Below, piece after piece: positions 20,396 through 28,374 of a stretch of DNA of 64,000 bases. The stretch comes from an uncultured Candidatus Actinomarina sp. (lineage in GTDB: Bacteria > Actinomycetota > Acidimicrobiia > Actinomarinales > Actinomarinaceae): positions 24,521 through 88,520 of the forward strand of contig CACHJT010000003.1 of assembly GCA_902580215.1 (NCBI GenBank), read 5' to 3'. The notes under the pieces are model-generated. The model was not told where the DNA came from and ran no database searches. It saw only the letters and a list, made by a program, of their open reading frames with translations. Made by a program: the position numbers and the translations under genes. Within the stretch, counting starts at the first letter, position 1; every line of letters begins with the position of its first letter.

Positions 20396-21117
20396 AGGTA
20401 TGATTCATATCCTTCTTTTTCAAGTTTTTCAGACAACTCTACACCACCGGATTCAACAATTGCTCCATCTACAAAAACATGTACAAAGTCAGGTTTTATA
20501 TATTCCAAAAGTCTCTGATAGTGTGTTACAACTAAGTAACCTTTATCAGCAGTCTTCAATTTGCTAACACCCTCACCTACAACTTTTAATCCGTCTACAT
20601 CCAATCCTGAATCAGTTTCATCTAAAACTGCAAGCTTAGGATTCAACACTGCTAGTTGAAGAATTTCATTCCTTTTTCTTTCTCCACCTGAAAAACCTTC
20701 ATTTAAGTATCTATCGGCGAAATCTGCAGACAAGCCTAACTGCTCCATAGCTTCGGCAACTTTCAATCTGAGCTCAAGTGTCGTATACTCAGTTTCTTCA
20801 ATATTAGTTAGTGCAGTTTTGAGCATATTTACTATTGTGACTCCTGGAATTGATTCTGGATATTGAAACGCAAGAAACATTCCTAATTTTGCTCTGTTGT
20901 CTACTGGTTCTTCAGTGATATCCTCTCCTTCAAATATTACAGATCCATCAGTAATCTCATAAACTGGATTACCCATAACTACATTTGCCAGGGTAGATTT
21001 ACCAGAACCATTCGGCCCCATAATTGCATGTACTTCACCAGGATCAATCTTTAAGTCAACACCTTTCAAAATTTCAGTACCATCAACTTCTGCGTGTAAA
21101 TTTTTAATTTCTAACAT
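20392..21117 (-). CDS. sufC: Fe-S assembly ATPase SufC (copy 2, canonical-looking)
   Basis: MLEIKNLHAEV N-terminus, GPNGSGKST, FLAFQYP, FSGGERKRNEILQ, AVLDETDSGLD and VVTHYQRLL. I set the start at ATG 21117; the track start at 21147 is a TTG. Confidence 0.9.
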   Translation of the reverse strand: MLEIKNLHAEVDGTEILKGVDLKIDPGEVHAIMGPNGSGKSTLANVVMGNPVYEITDGSVIFEGEDITEEPVDNRAKLGMFLAFQYPESIPGVTIVNMLKTALTNIEETEYTTLELRLKVAEAMEQLGLSADFADRYLNEGFSGGERKRNEILQLAVLNPKLAVLDETDSGLDVDGLKVVGEGVSKLKTADKGYLVVTHYQRLLEYIKPDFVHVFVDGAIVESGGVELSEKLEKEGYESYL

Positions 21118-21193
21118 AACTTCTATGTTAATTATGATTTGAAACAACTTAAATATGATTAGCGAAATAAAAAATAAAAATTACAATTAGATA

Positions 21194-22315
21194 ATGCAAT
21201 TTACATTAAGTGAACTTCAAAACGAAATTAAAGAAAATTCAAATAAACTTTTAAAAGAAAATATAGACCTTCTTGAAACAATCCAGAAAGTTGATGAAAA
21301 CTGCAGAATCGATAAAAAAGTTTGGGATCTAGTTATCGAGCAAGGTTGGTTGGCCTTAGATGTACCTGAAGAAGATGGTGGCCTTGGTTTTTCCAATACT
21401 GACACAGCTATACTTTCTGAGGTTCTAGGTTACTATATGCCAATAATTCCAATATTTAGCTCAGGTGTAGTTTTCAAACACATATTAATGAATTCAAAAA
21501 AGGATAAAAAAGACGAGTTATTACCTGAAATTATAAGCGGTGAAAAAATTGGTACATTTGCTGTATATGAAAGTGATAAATATGAAATTAATCAAGACAC
21601 CCTAAACACAGAGCTAACTACTACAGATTCAGGTTATATTCTCAGTGGTAACAAAAAATATGTTATGTTTGGAGATGTTTCTGATTACATTGCTGTTTTA
21701 GCAAAACATGAAGATAGATATAAATTTGTTTTAGTTTCTTCTGACTTTGAAGGAGTAACAATTAAAGAAACCACTTCTCTTGATCAAACACGACCAATGT
21801 GTGAAGTTGAAATGTCTGATGTTACATTAGATAGCGAAGCAGTTTTAATTGAATTAGATACTGAGTTATCTGAATGGAATAAAGTTAAAAATATTGCACT
21901 TGGCTACTTAGCGATGGAGCAAGTAGGTGCATCTCAGGCATGTTTAGATATGTCAACCCAGTATGCAAAGGAGAGGATACAATTTGGAAGACCAATTGGT
22001 TCTTTTCAAGCAATTCAACATATATGTGCCAATATGCTTATGCAATTGGAAAGTGCAAAATCTGTAGCTTACAGTGCAGTTAGAGTTGATTATTCAGACG
22101 ATGTAGAGACTGAAATGAGTTCAATGCTTGCCAAATCATATTGTTCTGAAGTTTTTAATAAAATTGCAGGTGACAATATTCAAGTTCACGGTGGGATTGG
22201 ATTTACATGGGAACATCCAGCACACTTATATTTTAAAAAAGCAAAGTCCGATTCACTCTTATTAGGAACTCCTAAACTGGCAAGAGATAAAATAGCAGAA
22301 CTACTTAACATCTAA
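21194..22315 (+). CDS. Acyl-CoA dehydrogenase family protein
   Basis: 373 aa with C-terminal ACAD blocks QFGRPIGSFQAIQH and HGGIGFTWEHPAHLYFKKA. Confidence 0.8.
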   Translation: MQFTLSELQNEIKENSNKLLKENIDLLETIQKVDENCRIDKKVWDLVIEQGWLALDVPEEDGGLGFSNTDTAILSEVLGYYMPIIPIFSSGVVFKHILMNSKKDKKDELLPEIISGEKIGTFAVYESDKYEINQDTLNTELTTTDSGYILSGNKKYVMFGDVSDYIAVLAKHEDRYKFVLVSSDFEGVTIKETTSLDQTRPMCEVEMSDVTLDSEAVLIELDTELSEWNKVKNIALGYLAMEQVGASQACLDMSTQYAKERIQFGRPIGSFQAIQHICANMLMQLESAKSVAYSAVRVDYSDDVETEMSSMLAKSYCSEVFNKIAGDNIQVHGGIGFTWEHPAHLYFKKAKSDSLLLGTPKLARDKIAELLNI

Positions 22316-22316
22316 A

Positions 22317-22520
22317 TTGAAAAGATTAGATAGATTCGAAAATTCTAGGTTTGTCGGATATCGAAAAAATATGAAAGTTTATGATTGTGACAATGAAGAA
22401 CAATTTGAAAAATTAAAGACTTTGACTAATAAAGTTGACTACATCAAATTAAATCTTATTCAGTCATTTTCACCAGATAATATTGATGAAGCAAAAAATA
22501 GAGGTTTTAAACCTGTCTAG
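22317..22520 (+). CDS. Hypothetical small protein (67 aa)
   Basis: TTG-start ORF 1 nt after the ACAD stop, with no motif I recognise. It has ordinary (not low-complexity) composition. Confidence 0.3.
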   Translation: MKRLDRFENSRFVGYRKNMKVYDCDNEEQFEKLKTLTNKVDYIKLNLIQSFSPDNIDEAKNRGFKPV

Positions 22521-23496
22521 CTTTCTCCCAGTAATTTGTGTCTGAATTTAACACATGTTTAATCAGACCTTTATTTTCCAGATAGATTAAGTGAGCCATA
22601 GTTTCCTGAAATGCAAGCCTTAGATTTAATTCATCAAGTTTCCTTGGAAAAAGTAAATTTACAATCTCCCACCCGGAAAATTTTGAGTTCCCGATGAGAT
22701 CGATAATTTTATCAGATCTTTTTTTGTGATGAAGTTGCATTTGTTCAATACGTGAATAGGGTTTTTCAATTAAAGCTCCATGACCAGGAGCAATTAATTT
22801 TTGTTCTAGGTTGTAAACCTTATTAAGTGATGAGGTGTATTTTTCCAACATATCATCTCCAGCATCTTCTAAAGGAATGAATGGAGTTATTTTTGGAAGG
22901 ATATGATCACCAGAAAATAATATTTGAGATGGATTATCAAGAATTGAGATTTCTGTTCTGTCGTGACCAGGGGTAAATATAATTTCAATATTTCTATTTA
23001 CATTTTTTATGTTTCCTTCTTCAAGTAAAACGTCTGGTTTTGATATTTTTCCTGCATAAATTGGGGTTTCTATTTGGTCAATATCATCTAAGAAACTTTT
23101 AGGAGCACCCTCTTTTTTTGCATATTCTTTTAGTTTTTTAAACCTAATTGACCAGTCGTTATAACCTTCTATAAATTCCACAGAATTTTTATATAATGCA
23201 AATGGTATATCTTTTTCTCTAAGTGTTGAAGATAAACCTATGTGGTCAGAATGCATATGCGTACCAATTAAGAGCTTTATATTTTCATATGACAAACCAA
23301 ATGACTTCATTTTAGTTTCTAGTAATTCTTGATATTCGCTTCCATTAACTCCACAATCAATCATTACATACCCATCTTTTTCTTCAATGAAATAAACATT
23401 TACAAAACCAGGAGAGCTCCACGGAAGCTCCATAGGGATATGTATTATGCCGTGTTGTAGATTAAAGTTCTTCAATTCTAAAAAGTTAATAGCCAA
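22507..23496 (-). CDS. Metallo-beta-lactamase-fold hydrolase
   Basis: HxHxDH motif (HMHSDHIG), followed by TPGHD and APGHG. The TTG start is uncertain; the next ATG is at 23433. Confidence 0.8.
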   Translation of the reverse strand: MAINFLELKNFNLQHGIIHIPMELPWSSPGFVNVYFIEEKDGYVMIDCGVNGSEYQELLETKMKSFGLSYENIKLLIGTHMHSDHIGLSSTLREKDIPFALYKNSVEFIEGYNDWSIRFKKLKEYAKKEGAPKSFLDDIDQIETPIYAGKISKPDVLLEEGNIKNVNRNIEIIFTPGHDRTEISILDNPSQILFSGDHILPKITPFIPLEDAGDDMLEKYTSSLNKVYNLEQKLIAPGHGALIEKPYSRIEQMQLHHKKRSDKIIDLIGNSKFSGWEIVNLLFPRKLDELNLRLAFQETMAHLIYLENKGLIKHVLNSDTNYWEKARQV

Positions 23497-23599
23497 GCAC
23501 CAAATGCTGCAAGTATCAATAAACCTGTCAAAAGAGAAGCAATTATTAAATGTCTTGTCTGCATAGTTACATTCTACTTAAATATAAAACAATCCTAAT

Positions 23600-23616
23600 T
23601 TTGAACTTTGTTCAAA
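23600..23616. promoter_or_regulatory. 17-bp perfect palindrome, candidate operator or overlapping divergent -35 boxes
   Basis: TTTGAAC-ttt-GTTCAAA in the largest intergenic gap of the window (23497..23727). TTGAAC at 23601-23606 is followed 16 nt later by TAAATT, a possible -10 for the lpd operon. Confidence 0.3.
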
Positions 23617-23727
23617 CTTTAGTAAATTTAAGTGTGACGATAACTATTATCATTTTTCTTGGGAACCCCTTGTAAAAGTGTAGTTATTATCTCGATTGGA
23701 TAGAGACCCTATCTGGAAAGAGGTAAT

Positions 23728-25092
23728 TTGAAAAAATTGACCATTATTGGCGGAGGGCCTGCAGGATATGCTGCTGCACTTTACGCAAGCAATTTTGATT
23801 TAGAAACCACCCTTATTGAATCAGACACTCTCGGCGGAACTTGTTTAAACAGAGGTTGTATACCAGCAAAATACTGGCTACATGTTGCTGAACTAAATCA
23901 CGAAATTGAAACCTCAAGTGAATTTGGAATAGATGTTAATGAGAAATCTATTAATTGGGCTAAAACAGCTGAAAAAAGATATGAAATTGTCAATAAGCTT
24001 GTTGGCGGAATTGGCATGTTACTTAACTCAAAAAAAGTAAATGTAATTGAAGGCTGGGGCTCAATAAAAGACAAAAATAATGTCCTTGTTAAAAAAGCTG
24101 ATGGCGAAGAAATAGTAATTGAATCAGACTTTATACTTCTTGCAACTGGTTCAAAACCTAGATCTCTACCAAGTATTGAAATTGATAATGAGTTTACTAT
24201 CACTTCAGACACAGCGTTGAATTGGGAGAAACCACCAAAGAAAGTCTGTGTCATAGGAGCAGGTGCTATTGGTTGCGAATTTGCAAGCCTCTTAAATGAC
24301 TTGGATTCTGATGTTGTAGTTGTTGAGCTAGCCAGTGAAATATTACCTGGCTTAGATAAAAGAACATCTGGTGAATTAAGAAAACAATTATCTAAAAGAG
24401 GAGTAAATTTTAAATTAGGCACATCTGTTGAATCAATTACTGATAAAAAAGTGAGCTTTTCTGACGGAGAAAGTGATAACTTTGACTGTGTTTTAGTTGC
24501 TGTAGGAAGAGAGCCACTAACCCAAAACATTGGACTTGAAGAAGTGGGTGTAAAAGTTAATAAAGGATTTGTTCAAACTAACCTAGAAACTTTACAAACT
24601 GAGATAGAAAATATTTATGCACTTGGTGATATTGTTGAGGGCACTCCACAATTGGCACACGTTGCTTTTGCAGAAGCAGTAAGTTCTATAACTCATATTG
24701 CGACAGGTGAGAATAAGGCGGTTAACTACAACGCTATACCTTATGTTGTTTACACAAGGCCAGAGCTTGCAGAAGTTGGTGTAAACTCTGAAAAAGCAAA
24801 AGAGCTTGGAATTAAAATTAATCAATCCCAACATGGCTTTGCTGGTATAGGTAGAGCTATGATTCAAAATCAAAATCAGGGATTAGTAAAGGTTTACTCA
24901 GAAGAAAACGGTCCTATAGTAGGAGCAAGTGTATGTGGACCAGCAGCTGGTGAAATGATACATGAATTAATGTATATGGTTGGCTGGGAAGCGCTTCCTG
25001 ATGAAGCATCAGAATTTATACATGCACATCCAACTTTGAGTGAAGCAATTGGCGAATCATTAATGAGTTTAAGTGGTAGGGGGTTACATTAA
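23728..25092 (+). CDS. lpdA: Dihydrolipoyl dehydrogenase (E3)
   Basis: FAD fold GGGPAGY, redox disulfide GGTCLNRGCIPAK, and C-terminal HAHPTLSE. TTG start preceded by GGAAAGAGG. Confidence 0.9.
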   Translation: MKKLTIIGGGPAGYAAALYASNFDLETTLIESDTLGGTCLNRGCIPAKYWLHVAELNHEIETSSEFGIDVNEKSINWAKTAEKRYEIVNKLVGGIGMLLNSKKVNVIEGWGSIKDKNNVLVKKADGEEIVIESDFILLATGSKPRSLPSIEIDNEFTITSDTALNWEKPPKKVCVIGAGAIGCEFASLLNDLDSDVVVVELASEILPGLDKRTSGELRKQLSKRGVNFKLGTSVESITDKKVSFSDGESDNFDCVLVAVGREPLTQNIGLEEVGVKVNKGFVQTNLETLQTEIENIYALGDIVEGTPQLAHVAFAEAVSSITHIATGENKAVNYNAIPYVVYTRPELAEVGVNSEKAKELGIKINQSQHGFAGIGRAMIQNQNQGLVKVYSEENGPIVGASVCGPAAGEMIHELMYMVGWEALPDEASEFIHAHPTLSEAIGESLMSLSGRGLH

Positions 25093-25093
25093 T

Positions 25094-27100
25094 ATGCAAA
25101 TTGAAAAAATAACTAGGCAAGGCTATTCAGCAACACTTTCAAAAGAAGTTTTGTGGGATATCTACAAATCTATGAAAACACAAAGGTTATTAGAGGATAG
25201 ATTGTTAAAAATGTACAAAGGTGGACAATTAAGTGGCGCAGTTTATCCAGGAATTGGCCAAGAAGCATGTATGGCGGGTATTGCTGCTGGTATGGATTCA
25301 AAAGATATATTTGGCGGAACACATAGAGATCTTGGTGTTCAAATTAAAAAAGGGGTAACTCTTAAGGAAATTGCATTAAATTTCTTTGGAAAAAACGATG
25401 GTCCTTCTAAAGGACGAGATGGAAATAGCCACTTTGGTGTTGTTGATAAAGGTACCTTAATGGTTGTTTCTCCGCTCCCTGACTCAGCACCTGTAGCAGT
25501 TGGTTGGGCTTTAGCATCTCAACAAAGTGGTTCTGGAGTCGTTGCAGTTGCAAACTGTGGTGAAGGAGCTACTGCAACAGGTACTTGGCACGAAAGTGTA
25601 AACATGGCAGCTGTACTTAATTTACCTATAGTTTTTACAGTTCAAAATAATCAGTTTGCTTACTCATCACCAAACGATACAGAATTCGGTACACCTAATG
25701 TAGCTGATAGAGCTGCAGGGTATGGAATTCCAGCAAAGATTATTGATGGAAATGATATATATGAAGTAATAGATGCAATTCATGATTCGTGTGAACAAGC
25801 TAGGAATGGTAACGGACCTTCATTAATTGAATTAGTCACCTTTCGTCATTATGGTCACGCAGGACATGATCCAGCTGAATACGTAAATGATGAAGTAAGA
25901 GATTTTTGGATGAAAAGAGATCCTATTGCAAGATTTGAAAATGCATTGTTAGAGGAAGGATTATTCACAACTGAACATTTTGTAAATTTAACAGATGAGT
26001 TAGAAGCTGAAATTAAAGAAACTTTAGATTGGGCAAAAAATCAAGACGATCCAGATCCAAACAATGAGGAAGCAGATATTTTTGCATTAAGAACAACTCC
26101 AAAAATTGAAAATAGTGAAGATAATAAAAAAACAATGAACTACATTGAAGCAATTACTAACGGATTAGATGAGTTAATGGAAAATGATGAAAACGTCTTT
26201 ATGATGGGTGAAGATATTGGAGTTTTTGAAGGTGCGTTTAAAGCAACAAAAGGTCTTTTTGATAAATATGGACCGTTCAGAGTTATAGATACATCAATTT
26301 CAGAGGGCGGATTTACTGGAGCAGCAGTTGGAGCAGCTCTTGCTGGTAAAAAGCCTATAGTTGAGTTACAGTTTTATGATTTTGTATATCCAGCACTTGA
26401 TCAGATAACAACCGAAGCAGCAAAATATCATTGGAAAGCTGGAAAAGCTGTCCCTATGGTTGTCAGGGGTCCAACAGGAGCAGGTACAAGGTCTGGTCCA
26501 TTTCACTCAATAAGTCCCGAATCATTGTTAGCTCATCATCCTGGAATTAAGGTAGTTGCTCCATCTAATCCATATGATGCAAAAGGACTTTTGGTAGCTG
26601 CTGTGAATGATCCAAACCCAGTTATGTATTTAGAGCATAAAAAACTCTATAGAAAACCTGACATAAAAATGGATGTGCCACTTGGACTTTATGAAGTTGA
26701 AATTGGTAAGGGAAAAGTTGTCAGAGAAGGTTCAGACATAACAATTGTTACATGGTCAGGAATGGTATCAGTAGCAGAACAATCTGCTCAAGAATTAGAA
26801 AAAGAAGGCATTTCTGTTGAGATTGTTGACATTAGAACAATTGTTCCACTTGATGAAGAGATCATTCTCAAATCTGTAGAAAAAACATCAAATTTATGTA
26901 TTTTACAAGAGGATGTTCCTTTCTCATCAGTGGCATCTGAAATTTCATCTATGGTTGCTGAAAAAGGTTTTTGGAGCTTAGACAATCCAATTGTTAAGGT
27001 TACACCTCCAAATACTCATATTCCTTTTGCTCCTGTGCTTGAGGATGCTTTCATACCTAGTGCTGAAAAAGTCATAAAAGCCATAAAAGAATTACAATAA
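25094..27100 (+). CDS. 2-oxoacid dehydrogenase E1 component, fused alpha and beta subunits (branched-chain-type TPP motif)
   Basis: The alpha part has TPP motif GEGATATG...VQNN. An internal Met at 26135 (MNYIEAITNG) looks like a former beta-subunit start, followed by a complete beta part. I chose ATG 25094, directly after the lpd stop. Confidence 0.85.
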   Translation: MQIEKITRQGYSATLSKEVLWDIYKSMKTQRLLEDRLLKMYKGGQLSGAVYPGIGQEACMAGIAAGMDSKDIFGGTHRDLGVQIKKGVTLKEIALNFFGKNDGPSKGRDGNSHFGVVDKGTLMVVSPLPDSAPVAVGWALASQQSGSGVVAVANCGEGATATGTWHESVNMAAVLNLPIVFTVQNNQFAYSSPNDTEFGTPNVADRAAGYGIPAKIIDGNDIYEVIDAIHDSCEQARNGNGPSLIELVTFRHYGHAGHDPAEYVNDEVRDFWMKRDPIARFENALLEEGLFTTEHFVNLTDELEAEIKETLDWAKNQDDPDPNNEEADIFALRTTPKIENSEDNKKTMNYIEAITNGLDELMENDENVFMMGEDIGVFEGAFKATKGLFDKYGPFRVIDTSISEGGFTGAAVGAALAGKKPIVELQFYDFVYPALDQITTEAAKYHWKAGKAVPMVVRGPTGAGTRSGPFHSISPESLLAHHPGIKVVAPSNPYDAKGLLVAAVNDPNPVMYLEHKKLYRKPDIKMDVPLGLYEVEIGKGKVVREGSDITIVTWSGMVSVAEQSAQELEKEGISVEIVDIRTIVPLDEEIILKSVEKTSNLCILQEDVPFSSVASEISSMVAEKGFWSLDNPIVKVTPPNTHIPFAPVLEDAFIPSAEKVIKAIKELQ

Positions 27101-27104
27101 AACT

Positions 27105-28373
27105 ATGAGTCAAATTGTAACTATGCCCCAATTGGGTGAAACAGTAACTGAAGGAACAATACTTCGCTGGCTAGTTCAGGTTGGTGATGAAGTAAAAGAA
27201 GATGATCCTATTTTAGAAATATCAACTGATAAAGTTGATACTGAAGTTCCGTCCCCATTTACTGGTCAGGTAACATCTCTATTAGTTGAAGAAGGTGAGA
27301 CAGTTGAAGTTGGTGCATCTCTTTTGGAGCTTGATGGAGATTCAAGTAGTAGCTCTGTTAGCGATGAGGCATCGAAAGAACTAGAGACTGTCAGCGAGCC
27401 AGTTGAAGAAGTTGTTGAAGTTGAAAAAGTTAAATCTTCACCAGTTCCTAAAAGTACAAATATAAAGCTATCACCTGTTGTCAGAAAATTGGCATCTGAA
27501 AACAATGTAGATCTTGAGCAAGTTACCGGTACTGGATCAGGTGGAAGGATCACTAGGAAAGATATTGAGAGTTTTATAACTTCGGGAAGTAAAACTGTTC
27601 AAAAACCAAAAGAAGTACAAGAACGACAAAAAGATAAGGCTGTACAACCTGCTAAAACTGCAAGCGGTGAAATTTCTAGATTAAGAAGAAGAATTGCAGA
27701 GAATATGGTTATGTCAAAACAGACTTCTGCTCATGTAATGACATCTGTAGAAGTTGACTACGAAAATGTTGAAATACTTAGAAGTAAGCACAAAAAATCA
27801 TTTAAAGAAGAGAACGGTTTTTCTTTAACTTATCTTCCTTTTATATCTTTAGCTACCATATATGCATTAAGAGAGTATCCAGTTGTAAATAGTTCATTTG
27901 ATCTAGATAAAGATATTCATAGTTTTCACAGCAACATTAATTTAGGTATAGCTGTTGATCTCAATCAAGATGGTTTGTTAGTTGGAACCCTTCGTGAAGC
28001 AGACTCATTTAGCTTGAAAGGTTTAGCAAGAAAAATATCTGACACATCAGCAAAGTTGAGAGAGGGTTCATATGATTTGGATGATGTTTCCGGTAGCACA
28101 TTTACTATCTCTAACAATGGTTCATTCAATTCATTCTTAACTTCACCAATAATTAATCAGCCAAACGTAGCAATATTGTCTACTGAGTCAGTTAAAAAAA
28201 GACCAGTAGTTATTGAAGCACAGGATGGCACCGATTCTATAGCTATTAGGCATACTGGAATGTTAAGTTTGACCTGGGATCATAGGGCTTTTGACGGATC
28301 AGTTGCATTATTATTCTTAAATTCCATAAGAGAGAAGTTAGAAAACTCTGATTGGTCGCAGGAATTAAACTAG
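27105..28373 (+). CDS. Dihydrolipoamide acyltransferase (E2)
   Basis: Lipoyl domain with EISTDKVDTEV, a Ser/Glu-rich linker, subunit-binding domain LSPVVRKLASENNVDL..GSGGRITRKD, and a catalytic domain with DHRAFDG. Confidence 0.9.
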   Translation: MSQIVTMPQLGETVTEGTILRWLVQVGDEVKEDDPILEISTDKVDTEVPSPFTGQVTSLLVEEGETVEVGASLLELDGDSSSSSVSDEASKELETVSEPVEEVVEVEKVKSSPVPKSTNIKLSPVVRKLASENNVDLEQVTGTGSGGRITRKDIESFITSGSKTVQKPKEVQERQKDKAVQPAKTASGEISRLRRRIAENMVMSKQTSAHVMTSVEVDYENVEILRSKHKKSFKEENGFSLTYLPFISLATIYALREYPVVNSSFDLDKDIHSFHSNINLGIAVDLNQDGLLVGTLREADSFSLKGLARKISDTSAKLREGSYDLDDVSGSTFTISNNGSFNSFLTSPIINQPNVAILSTESVKKRPVVIEAQDGTDSIAIRHTGMLSLTWDHRAFDGSVALLFLNSIREKLENSDWSQELN

Positions 28374-28374
28374 T

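Noticed and set aside
22317-22520. The 67-aa ORF after the acyl-CoA dehydrogenase as a functional partner or regulatory protein.
   Set aside because: I recognise no motif, the start is a TTG, and it overlaps the convergent MBL gene. I list it as a low-confidence CDS only.
23898-24530. A 210-aa minus-strand ORF, plus many similar 60-140-aa ORFs (e.g. 9536..9874, 14223..14597, 27266..27553, 29202..29621, 52928..53272).
   Set aside because: All are embedded antisense or out of frame within long genes that have strong family motifs. Their Ser/Leu/Phe/Thr-rich translations are typical of the shadow frames of AT-rich coding DNA.
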